A DNA stretch of 64,000 nucleotides from Longimicrobiales bacterium (lineage in GTDB: Bacteria > Gemmatimonadota > Gemmatimonadetes > Longimicrobiales > RSA9). Both the position numbers and the translations under genes were made by a program. The stretch is from assembly GCA_035513295.1 (NCBI GenBank), contig DATKCH010000001.1:12243-76242 (forward strand), given 5' to 3'. The notes under the pieces are model-generated. The model made no database searches. It was not told the origin of the DNA and saw only the letters and a program-made list of their open reading frames with translations. Shown here one piece after another: positions 34,337 through 42,648 of this stretch; the first letter of the stretch is position 1; each line of letters starts with the position of its first letter.

Positions 34337-36229
34337 GTGGTGAGGCTCGCCGGGGGAGGGGGGTTCGGGAGAGACGGGTTCGGAGGTGGCGGGCGGTACG
34401 GCTCCACCGGCCGCCGTTCGGGCGCCGATCCGGACGCGCCGCTCACCCCCAGCCCCGACGCTCACGTGTTGCGCGACCTCTGGGCGCTGCTCTCGCCCTA
34501 CCGCTGGAAGGTCTTCGGGCTGTCCGCCCTGATCAGCTTCTCCGCCGCGCTCGGGACGCTCGCACCCCAGTTCATACGCTACGGCTTCGATACCGTCATC
34601 CCAAGTGGCGCGGCGCGGCAGTTCGCGCTGCTCGCCGTCGCCTTCGCGCTGTACTACCTCGTGCGCGCGCTGGTCGGATACGCCGGCATGTACTTCAGCT
34701 TCGCGTTCACGCAGCGCATCATCAGCGACATCCGGATGCGCGCGTACCGGCGCCTGCTGGCGATGCCGATCGTGCGCTTCACCGAGGAGCGGTCCGGCGT
34801 CCTCACGTCGCGCGTCGTGTCGGACGTGAACGCGCTGGAGGGGATGATCCAGGCCGGAGCGACCCGGCTGGCGGGTCAGCTCGTGAGCATACTGGTGGTC
34901 GACGTCCTCCTGGTGGCGATGAACTGGCGCCTGGCGCTGGTGAACCTCGTGGTGGCGCCGGCGCTCGCCTACATCACGCGCCACTACCAGGCGCCGTTGC
35001 GGGAGGCCGCGCGCGGGGTCCGCCGCCGGGTCGGCGAGATGACCGCGGTGGCGACCGAAGCGATCGCCAACATCCAGGTCGTGAAGGGCTTCGCCAACGA
35101 ACCCCTGGAAGCGGGCAGGTTCGACGAGGAGAACGAGACCTACGTCGCCCTCAACCTCTCACGCCGGCGCGAGGTCGGCATGATGGAGGCGCTCATCACG
35201 CTCACCGCCGAGTACGGCATGGGCGCCGTCCTGCTGTTCGGCGGCTGGCTCGTCGTGGCGGGGTCGCTCACGATCGGCGAGCTGACCGCCTTCCTCCTGT
35301 ACCAGCGCATGCTGCAGGGACCCGTCATGTCCGTCATGCTCTTCAACAATCAGTTGCAGGCGGGCATGGCGGCGCTGGAGCGCGTGTCCGCGCTGCTGGA
35401 CGCGAAACCGGAGAGCGAGGGCGACATCGCCGCCGTGGAGGGTGGGGACCTGGAGTTCGAGGACGTGGAGTTCCGCTACCCGGGCACGGACGCCGCCGCC
35501 TTGCGAAGCGTCTCCTTCACCGTGCCCGAGGGTGGGACGGTGGCCTTCGTGGGCCCGTCCGGCTCGGGCAAGACCACCCTGACCCGCCTCATCTCCCGTC
35601 TGTACGATCCCGACGAGGGCGAGATCCGCCTGGGCGGCAGGGACGTCCGTGACTACCGCCTGGACGCGCTTCGCAACGCCGTGGCGATCGTCCCCCAGGA
35701 GCCGACGCTGTTTTCGGGCAGCGTGCGCGACAACGTGCGCTATGCGCGCCCCGACGCCAGCGACGCGGACGTCGAGGCCGCGGCTGAGCTGGCCAACTCC
35801 ACCGGCTTCATCGCCGACCTGCCCGACGGCTGGGACACGCCGATAGGCGAGCGCGGAGTCAAGCTCTCCGGAGGCCAGAAGCAGCGCGTCGCGATCGCCC
35901 GGGCGATCCTCCGGCACGCGCGCCTGCTCATCCTCGACGAGGCCACCGCGAGCCTGGACAGCGAGTCCGAGGCGCTGATCCAGGACGCGCTGGAAGGGCT
36001 GTTCGCGCGCCGAACGGGGGTCACGACGCTCGTCATAGCTCACCGGCTGTCGACCATCCGGGGGGCCGATCGGATCTACGTCCTGGACGCGGGCCGGGTG
36101 GTCGAGGAGGGGTCGCACGACGACCTCATCGCCGTCCGCGGCCTGTACGCGCGCCTGCACGATCTGCAGCACGCTCCGGTGCCCGGCGCGCCACCGGCGA
36201 CCCGGCTCGTGGACGGCGTGTCACAGTAG
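34337..36229 (+). CDS. ABC exporter, fused permease/ATPase (type I exporter)
   Basis: The TMD is followed by an NBD with GPSGSGKTT, LSGGQKQRVAIARA and LLILDEATASLD. The Gly-rich N-terminal extension makes the start uncertain. Confidence 0.85.
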   Translation: MVRLAGGGGFGRDGFGGGGRYGSTGRRSGADPDAPLTPSPDAHVLRDLWALLSPYRWKVFGLSALISFSAALGTLAPQFIRYGFDTVIPSGAARQFALLAVAFALYYLVRALVGYAGMYFSFAFTQRIISDIRMRAYRRLLAMPIVRFTEERSGVLTSRVVSDVNALEGMIQAGATRLAGQLVSILVVDVLLVAMNWRLALVNLVVAPALAYITRHYQAPLREAARGVRRRVGEMTAVATEAIANIQVVKGFANEPLEAGRFDEENETYVALNLSRRREVGMMEALITLTAEYGMGAVLLFGGWLVVAGSLTIGELTAFLLYQRMLQGPVMSVMLFNNQLQAGMAALERVSALLDAKPESEGDIAAVEGGDLEFEDVEFRYPGTDAAALRSVSFTVPEGGTVAFVGPSGSGKTTLTRLISRLYDPDEGEIRLGGRDVRDYRLDALRNAVAIVPQEPTLFSGSVRDNVRYARPDASDADVEAAAELANSTGFIADLPDGWDTPIGERGVKLSGGQKQRVAIARAILRHARLLILDEATASLDSESEALIQDALEGLFARRTGVTTLVIAHRLSTIRGADRIYVLDAGRVVEEGSHDDLIAVRGLYARLHDLQHAPVPGAPPATRLVDGVSQ

Positions 36230-36258
36230 GGGAGCCCTCCCGGGTCAGCGCCCCTGGC

Positions 36259-38139
36259 TCAGCCCAGGCGTCCGGTCAGGTAGGTGTACCCGGCCAGTCC
36301 GGCGATGTAGTCGGCGATGAACCCGTTCGCCTCGTTCTTCTCGAGATCGGCGTTCTTGACCTTGCGGCGGAACGTGGCGACGAGCTCAGAGGAGTCGAAC
36401 GCGACGTAGCGCAGCACCTCGGTCATCGTGTCTCCGCGCACCACGTCCTCCACCTCGTAGTCGTCGCCCACCACGCGCACGTGCACGGAATCGGTGTCTC
36501 CGAACAGGTTGTGAAGGTCGCCCAGGATCTCCTGATACGCCCCGGCCAGGAAGATCCCCAGCACGTACGGCGCGTCCGTCGTGTCGTGGAGCGGCAGCCC
36601 GTCCCCGCTCTCACCGATGAACGCATCGATCTTGCCGTCGCTGTCGCACGTCACGTCCTGGAGCGTGCCGCGCCGCGTCGGCTCCTCATCGAGGCGATGG
36701 ATCGGCACGATCGGAAAGAGCTGGTCGATGGCCCAGGAGTCCGGCAGCGACTGGAACAGCGAGAAATTGCAGAAGTAGCGGTCGGTCAGGATCGCCTCGA
36801 GCCGCGGCAGGATGTCCTCGTAGTCGTCCGGGCTGCGGCGCGCGCGCGCCGCCAGGGCCTGGACCGCCACGCGGAAATGCCGTTCGGCGAGCGCGCGCAG
36901 CTCCAGGGATATCACGCCCGCGCTGAAAAGCGACTGCAGCTGCTCCTTGGCGAACAGCGCGTCGTGATAGACCTCTCGGACGCCGCGCCTGTCGATTTCG
37001 CCGGCCGCCTCCGCGAGGTCGAACACCTGGCGCGGCGCGTCCTCGGGCGGAGGCGCCGGGCTCTCGGCGGAGTAGCTCTCCCGGTCGATCACGTTGACGA
37101 GCAGCAGCGCGTGGTGCGCCGTGAGCGCCCGGCCAGACTCGGAGATGAGGTCGGGCATGGGCACCTCCTCCGCGCGGCACGTCTCCGCGAGCACGTACAC
37201 GACGTCGTTGGCGTACTCCTGGAGGGAGTAGTTGACGCTGGCCGGCGCCGTCGACCGTGAGCCGTCGTAATCCACGCCCAGGCCGCCGCCCACATCCACG
37301 ATGTCGATGGGAATGCCGAGCCGGCGCAGCTCCACGTAGAAGCGTGCCACCTCGCCCATCGCCTGCTTGATGTTGCGGATGTCGGGGATCTGGGACCCGA
37401 GGTGGAAGTGGATCATGCGCAGGGCCTCCACGCAGCCCGCGTCGCGGAAGCGCGCCACCACCTGCATGAGTTCGGGGGAGCCGAGGCCGAACTTGCTTCG
37501 GTCGCCGGCGGACAGGGACCAACGGCCGGCACCCTCGGTGGCGAGCTTGATGCGGACGCCGGCGGTCGGCTCCACGCCCATCTCGTCGGCCACGGCCAGA
37601 AGCGTATCGGCCTCCTTGACCTTCTCGAGGACGACCAGGACCTGGTGGCCCAGGCGCTGCCCCATCAGGGCGAGTCGGATGTACTCCTCGTCCTTGTAGC
37701 CGTTGCAGACGATCAGGTGACCGGTGCGCTCGGTCAGCGCCAGCACGGCGAGGAGCTCCGGCTTGCTCCCCACTTCCAGACCGACGCCGTGCGCGTCGCC
37801 CGCGGCGACGATTTCCTGGACCACGCGCCGCTGCTGATTGACCTTGACAGGGTAAACGGGCGTATAGCCGCCCTCGTAGCCGAAGTCGTTCCTGGCGGTC
37901 TCGAATCGGTCCGTGAGCGCGGCGATCCGCTCTTTCAGGATATCGGGGAAGCGCAGCAGCAGAGGGAGCCGCACGCCCTGCCCCGACAGGTCGGTCGCGA
38001 GCTCGAAGAGGTCGATGGCGACGGCCGGGTCCCTCGTGGGATGCACGATCACGTGCCCGGCCTCGTTCACCCCGAAAAAACCCGCGCCCCACCCTTCCAC
38101 GTTGTAAAGCTCGAGCGCGTCGCGCGTGGTCCAGGACAT
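36259..38139 (-). CDS. speA: Biosynthetic arginine decarboxylase
   Basis: ATG at 38139 (MSWTTRDALELYNVEGWGAGFF). YPVKVNQQ carries the PLP lysine, with DVGGGLGVDYDG and the C-terminal GAYQEILGDLHNLFGDT. The product is 626 aa. The upstream part of the 1051-aa ORF is rejected. Confidence 0.9.
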   Translation of the reverse strand: MSWTTRDALELYNVEGWGAGFFGVNEAGHVIVHPTRDPAVAIDLFELATDLSGQGVRLPLLLRFPDILKERIAALTDRFETARNDFGYEGGYTPVYPVKVNQQRRVVQEIVAAGDAHGVGLEVGSKPELLAVLALTERTGHLIVCNGYKDEEYIRLALMGQRLGHQVLVVLEKVKEADTLLAVADEMGVEPTAGVRIKLATEGAGRWSLSAGDRSKFGLGSPELMQVVARFRDAGCVEALRMIHFHLGSQIPDIRNIKQAMGEVARFYVELRRLGIPIDIVDVGGGLGVDYDGSRSTAPASVNYSLQEYANDVVYVLAETCRAEEVPMPDLISESGRALTAHHALLLVNVIDRESYSAESPAPPPEDAPRQVFDLAEAAGEIDRRGVREVYHDALFAKEQLQSLFSAGVISLELRALAERHFRVAVQALAARARRSPDDYEDILPRLEAILTDRYFCNFSLFQSLPDSWAIDQLFPIVPIHRLDEEPTRRGTLQDVTCDSDGKIDAFIGESGDGLPLHDTTDAPYVLGIFLAGAYQEILGDLHNLFGDTDSVHVRVVGDDYEVEDVVRGDTMTEVLRYVAFDSSELVATFRRKVKNADLEKNEANGFIADYIAGLAGYTYLTGRLG

Positions 38140-38286
38140 GTCGTCTCGTGGCTGCTGTATCCGGGCCCCGCGGGGCGTCGGCAAGGCCGCGTAAGCTGCT
38201 GCCGCGCGCCCGAACGGGAAAGGGGGCCCGCCGAGCCGATCCGGCGTCCGGGCGCGGGGACCGTCGACCGATCGTATTTTGCGCGC

Positions 38287-38727
38287 GTGGAACCTACGTC
38301 CGATGGTGTCGAACTGGGTCCGGGCGCGCGCGTGAGCCCCTCGGAGCTCTCCTTCCGCGCGACCAGATCCGGCGGGCCCGGAGGGCAGCATGTCAACACC
38401 TCCGCCACGCGCGTCGAGTTGACCTGGGACATCGCCTCGTCGCCGTCGCTGGAGGACGAGGTGCGCGCCCGGCTCCTCGACCGTCTCGCCAGCCGCCTGC
38501 ACGGGGACGGCGTCCTGCGCGTCGTGGCCTCGCGGAGCCGGAGCCAACATCGCAATCGGGAGGCCGCGCTGGACAGGCTCCGCGCGCTGGTGGCGGAGGC
38601 GCTGGAGGAGAGGAAGAAGCGCCGCCGGACGCGGCCGTCCAAGGCCGCCGCGGAGCGGAGGATCGCGGCCAAGAAGCGCCGCGCGGAGCGCAAGCGCCAG
38701 CGCCGTCCGCCCGTGACCGACGACTGA
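38287..38727 (+). CDS. arfB: Alternative ribosome-rescue factor ArfB (peptidyl-tRNA hydrolase, GGQ)
   Basis: GTG start. SGGPGGQHVNTSATRVEL carries the GGQ motif. A basic C-terminal tail KKRRRTRPSKAAAERRIAAKKRRAERKRQRR follows. Confidence 0.85.
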   Translation: MEPTSDGVELGPGARVSPSELSFRATRSGGPGGQHVNTSATRVELTWDIASSPSLEDEVRARLLDRLASRLHGDGVLRVVASRSRSQHRNREAALDRLRALVAEALEERKKRRRTRPSKAAAERRIAAKKRRAERKRQRRPPVTDD

Positions 38728-38737
38728 GGGAACCATC

Positions 38738-40693
38738 ATGAATCGTGCGACGTCCATCGCCGCCGCCGCGCTTTGTCTGACCTCGTGCCTGGCCTCGTGC
38801 CGGACGGGACCGCCGCCGGCGAACGCGCGCAATGCCCCCGCGAGCCGCGCGCTTCCTCCGCCGCTGCCCGACACCACGGGGGTCGGGACGCACGTCCTGG
38901 CGATCCGCCGGGCGCCCGACGCGGGGGTCTGGGTGGGGACGTACGGCCGCGGGATCCTCACGCTCGACCCATCCGCGCGCGCGTGGCGGACGATCGAGGC
39001 CGCCGACGGGCCGCAGGCGATCTCCTGGGACTTCGTCAACGCCTTCGCGTTCCCCACCGACGGTTCGGTCTGGTACGGCACGGTCGGCAACGGGTTCGGC
39101 CGCTCCGAGGACGGCGGGCGCACGTGGTCCAACTGGGGGTTCCGCGACCTCGGGCCCGAGTGGCAGTACGTGGCGCCCGAGGGCATGGACGCCCACGGCG
39201 ACACCGTGTACGTGGCGACCGCGGACGGTCTGCGCATGAGCTGGGACGCGGGCGAGACGTGGCGGTGCGTGCAGGCGGAGGGGGCCGGCCCAGGAGGCGC
39301 GGAGGGGTATGACGACCGCTGTGCCGAGCGCATCCTCGCGCTGCCCACCGAGTACCTGCTGGCGTTGGACTTCGGATCCGACGGGACGATCTGGCTGGGG
39401 CATCTGAAGGGCATCTCCTACTCGCGGGACGGAGGACTGACCTGGCGCACTCCCGAAGGTCCCCAGGGCCTCGCGGGCGCCCGCGTCAGGGCGATACTGG
39501 CCGAGCGCGATGCGGTGTGGGCCGCGACCGAGGACGCGCTGTTCGAGGCGGAACCCGATCGCGCCGTCTTCGACGCGATCCCGGACTCCGCCTTCGGGGG
39601 GGGCGGCGTCCCGTCGGTACGAGCGATGCTGATGGACCGCACCGTGGGCGGGCCGCGCTTTCCGGTCCTGGCGACCCACGGCGGCACCTACGAGCCGCTG
39701 CTCGCCGGTGGCGAGCTGGTCCTGCGCCACTACGGTGCCGGCAACGCGTTCGCGCTGCTGGACTGGCCGGGCGGACAGCCCACCATCGCCGGGACGGACC
39801 AGGGCATCACCGCCTCCCTTCGTGATCGGCCGCTCCTGGGGCCCGTGGATCGCGGGCGCCGATGCGCCTCGTCGGCCCGGAACCGAGGGGCGGTCGCCGG
39901 CTGCGGGACGGCCGTGGCGGAGGACCCGGCCGAGCCGCTCCACATCTGGTTCGGGCGGCCGATCGCGGACGAAGAGGGCAACCCCTATATCGACGCCACG
40001 TACCGCTACGGCTCCACCATGGGCGGCAACTTCCAGCAGCATCAGGGCGTGGAGTTCAACAACCCGGCCGGGACGCCCGTGCGGGCGATCGGGGCAGGCA
40101 TCGTCGCGTTTTCCGGGCCCGCGGAAGCGGGCGCCAACACGGTTGCGATCCTGCACGACCGGCGCTGGGAGGACCGGCCGGTCTACTCCGTCTACTATCA
40201 CAACACGAGCCTCGACGTCGCCGTCGGCGAGAAGGTACGACGCGGGCAGGTCATCGCGCGCGTCGGCAACACGGGCCGCGCGACGAACGACCACCTCCAC
40301 CTCGAGGTGCACGTGACCGAGGTCGAGGACTCGGCCCTGGTGGTGAACCCGGAGGAGCGCTTTCCCCCCCATACCGTGAACCCCCAGCTCTGGATCGAGC
40401 CGCTTTCCGGCACGGGGGTCATCGCCGGCCGCGTGCTCGGCGTCGATGGCGAGCCCGCTCGCGGGGTGCGCATATACGGCGTGTCCGCTCCGTATCCGGA
40501 GGAAACGCCCCTTTCCTTCGTGGAGACCTACGAGGATCGCGCGCACCCGGACCCCGCTTACGGGGAGCACTTCGCGATCGGCGACGTCCCTGAGGGCAGC
40601 TATCGGCTGTACGCCCGGGCGGGCGGACGCGAGGTAGCCGGGGTCGTGGATGTCGAACCGGGTCGCTTGACCTGGGTGGAGCTGCGCTTCTGA
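38738..40693 (+). CDS. Lipoprotein: BNR/Asp-box beta-propeller + M23 metallopeptidase + CarboxypepD_reg-like domain
   Basis: Lipobox LTSC is present. There are three Asp-boxes (SEDGGRTW, SWDAGETW, SRDGGLTW). M23 motifs are HQGVEF...YYHN...GNTGRATNDHLHLEVH. The C-terminal segment is GVIAGRVLGVDGEPARGVRIYG...GSYRLYA. Confidence 0.8.
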   Translation: MNRATSIAAAALCLTSCLASCRTGPPPANARNAPASRALPPPLPDTTGVGTHVLAIRRAPDAGVWVGTYGRGILTLDPSARAWRTIEAADGPQAISWDFVNAFAFPTDGSVWYGTVGNGFGRSEDGGRTWSNWGFRDLGPEWQYVAPEGMDAHGDTVYVATADGLRMSWDAGETWRCVQAEGAGPGGAEGYDDRCAERILALPTEYLLALDFGSDGTIWLGHLKGISYSRDGGLTWRTPEGPQGLAGARVRAILAERDAVWAATEDALFEAEPDRAVFDAIPDSAFGGGGVPSVRAMLMDRTVGGPRFPVLATHGGTYEPLLAGGELVLRHYGAGNAFALLDWPGGQPTIAGTDQGITASLRDRPLLGPVDRGRRCASSARNRGAVAGCGTAVAEDPAEPLHIWFGRPIADEEGNPYIDATYRYGSTMGGNFQQHQGVEFNNPAGTPVRAIGAGIVAFSGPAEAGANTVAILHDRRWEDRPVYSVYYHNTSLDVAVGEKVRRGQVIARVGNTGRATNDHLHLEVHVTEVEDSALVVNPEERFPPHTVNPQLWIEPLSGTGVIAGRVLGVDGEPARGVRIYGVSAPYPEETPLSFVETYEDRAHPDPAYGEHFAIGDVPEGSYRLYARAGGREVAGVVDVEPGRLTWVELRF

Positions 40694-40775
40694 GGCCCGC
40701 GCGGCGGATCGGAGCCGCCCGCCGCCCGCTGCGCGAAGCTCCGGGCATCCGCGGACCGGTGGCCGAAGCGCGCGT

Positions 40776-42560
40776 TCAGCCGCCCGCGGGTGGGCTCCCT
40801 TCAGCCGCCTCCTGGGGAGCCGTGCGTTCCCCCCGGCCCTCCCAGCCCGGCCCCCGGACAACGCGCCCCGGCGTCGCGCCCGTGTGCTCGCCGTCTTGCA
40901 GGACGCGCACGCCGTTCACCCAGACGTCGCGCACGCCGACCGCGAGCGCGTGCGGCTCCTCGAACGTGGCGCGGTCGGCGACCGTCGCCGGATCGAACAC
41001 CACGATGTCGGCGAAGTAGCCGGGCTCGAGCCGCCCGCGCCGCCGCAGCGACAGGTTGTCGGCCGGCAGCGAGGTCAGCCTGCGGACGGCCTCCTCGAGC
41101 GCGATGACCCCCTCCTCGCGCACGTATCTGCCCAGGAGGCGCGCGAAGTTGCCGTAGGCGCGCGGGTGGGGGTTCGACTTGAGGAACACGCCTTCCGGCG
41201 CGGGCGCGCCGGCGTCCGAGCCGAACGAGACCCAGGGCAGCGCGATCTGCTTGCGCACGTTCTCCTCCGACATCAGGAAGTAGATCGTCCCGACGCGACT
41301 GTCGTCGGCGACGACCAGGTCCATCGCGGTCTCCTCGGGCGACGCGCCGCGCATCTCCGCCACCTCGGCGAGGGAGCGGCCCGTGAGCGGCTTCAGGCTG
41401 TCCTGCCGGAACCCCACCAGGAGCACACGCTCCGGGGATCCGGCCATCAGCAGGAGGTTCTCCCAGTCGTCGGCGGGCGTCCGCATCTCACGCGCCACCC
41501 GCTCGCGGGTCGCCGGGTCCCGCAGCCTCTCGACCCAGGCCTCGTGGCCTCCCTCCTGGACCCAGGGTGGCATGGCGGCGTCCAGGCCCGTGGCGCCCGC
41601 GACGTACGTGTACATGTTCGCTCGAACCCGCCCGCCGCCCTCCCGGGCCGCCTCGATGCGGGCGATGACGCTGTCCATCTTCGGCCAGTTCGACTCCCCT
41701 GCCGCCTTCAGGTGGTAGATCTCGACCGGCACGCCGGCCCGGCGGCCGATGGCCATCGTCTCGTCGACCGCCTCGAGGAGCCGCCCGCCCTCGCTGCGCA
41801 TGTGGGTGATGTAGGATCCGCCGAACTCCCCGGCCGCCGACGCGAGCGCGACCAGCTCGTCGGTTCCGGCGTAGAAAGCCGGCGCGTAGATCAGCGACGA
41901 GCCGACGCCCAGAGCGCCTTCCCGCATGGCGGCTCGCACGAGGTCCTGCATGCGCGCGAGCTCCTCCGGCGCCGGCGCCCGGTCCTCGTGCCCCAGTTCG
42001 TGGATGCGCACGGTCGTGGCCCCGACGAAGCTCGCAACGTTGGGCGACACGCCGCGCGCCTCCAGGTGCTCGAGGTACTCCCCCAGCGTCGTCCACGGAA
42101 TGTCGAAGGTGATGTCGCCCTGCTGCTCGAGCTCGCGCGCGCGCATCTCCTTGGTGAGCGGGCCCATCGACCACCCCTCCCCGAACACCTCCAGCGTGAC
42201 CCCCTGGTGGATGTCGGCCAGCCCTCGTGGGTCCTCGATGAGAGACTCCGTGGCCCAGCTCAGCACGTTGATGAAGCCGGGCGCGACCGCCATTCCGGTA
42301 GCGTCCACCTCGGCAGCCGCGTCCGCTCCCGACAGCTCGCCCACCGCGGCGATGCTGTCTCCGGCCAGGCCGACGTCGGCGATCCGGGGCGGGCCGCCCG
42401 AGCCGTCGTAGACCGTGCCCCCGCGGATCAGCACGTCGAAGTCGGCCGCCGCGGCGTCCCGCTCCGAGTCCGCGCAGGCGGCGCTCGCGAGCGCCGCGCA
42501 CAGGCACAGGGAAAGGGTTCTCTGCGGCGGGAACGGCGTCGATGGGGTCTCGATGTTCAT
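40776..42560 (-). CDS. N-acyl-D-amino-acid deacylase (D-aminoacylase) family amidohydrolase, secreted/lipoprotein
   Basis: ATG at 42560 (MNIETPS...LCLCAALASAAC). Motifs include DVLIRGGTVYDGSG, APGFINVLSW, THMRSEG and EIYHLKAAG. Confidence 0.85.
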   Translation of the reverse strand: MNIETPSTPFPPQRTLSLCLCAALASAACADSERDAAAADFDVLIRGGTVYDGSGGPPRIADVGLAGDSIAAVGELSGADAAAEVDATGMAVAPGFINVLSWATESLIEDPRGLADIHQGVTLEVFGEGWSMGPLTKEMRARELEQQGDITFDIPWTTLGEYLEHLEARGVSPNVASFVGATTVRIHELGHEDRAPAPEELARMQDLVRAAMREGALGVGSSLIYAPAFYAGTDELVALASAAGEFGGSYITHMRSEGGRLLEAVDETMAIGRRAGVPVEIYHLKAAGESNWPKMDSVIARIEAAREGGGRVRANMYTYVAGATGLDAAMPPWVQEGGHEAWVERLRDPATRERVAREMRTPADDWENLLLMAGSPERVLLVGFRQDSLKPLTGRSLAEVAEMRGASPEETAMDLVVADDSRVGTIYFLMSEENVRKQIALPWVSFGSDAGAPAPEGVFLKSNPHPRAYGNFARLLGRYVREEGVIALEEAVRRLTSLPADNLSLRRRGRLEPGYFADIVVFDPATVADRATFEEPHALAVGVRDVWVNGVRVLQDGEHTGATPGRVVRGPGWEGRGERTAPQEAAEGSPPAGG

Positions 42561-42648
42561 GGCCGAGTCGTGCGAGAAGGAAACGGGGCGACCCGGCAAG
42601 AGGAGGCCGGATCGCCCCGAGGGCAAGGAGGGTCGATCGCGCCGCCGC

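Noticed and set aside
38140-40861. The 5' extension of the speA ORF (to 39414) and the 822-aa ORF 38393..40861 (-)
   Set aside because: SpeA homology starts at the MSWTTRD Met at 38139. The rest is antisense to arfB and the BNR-M23 lipoprotein gene and has an Arg/Gly/Pro-rich composition.
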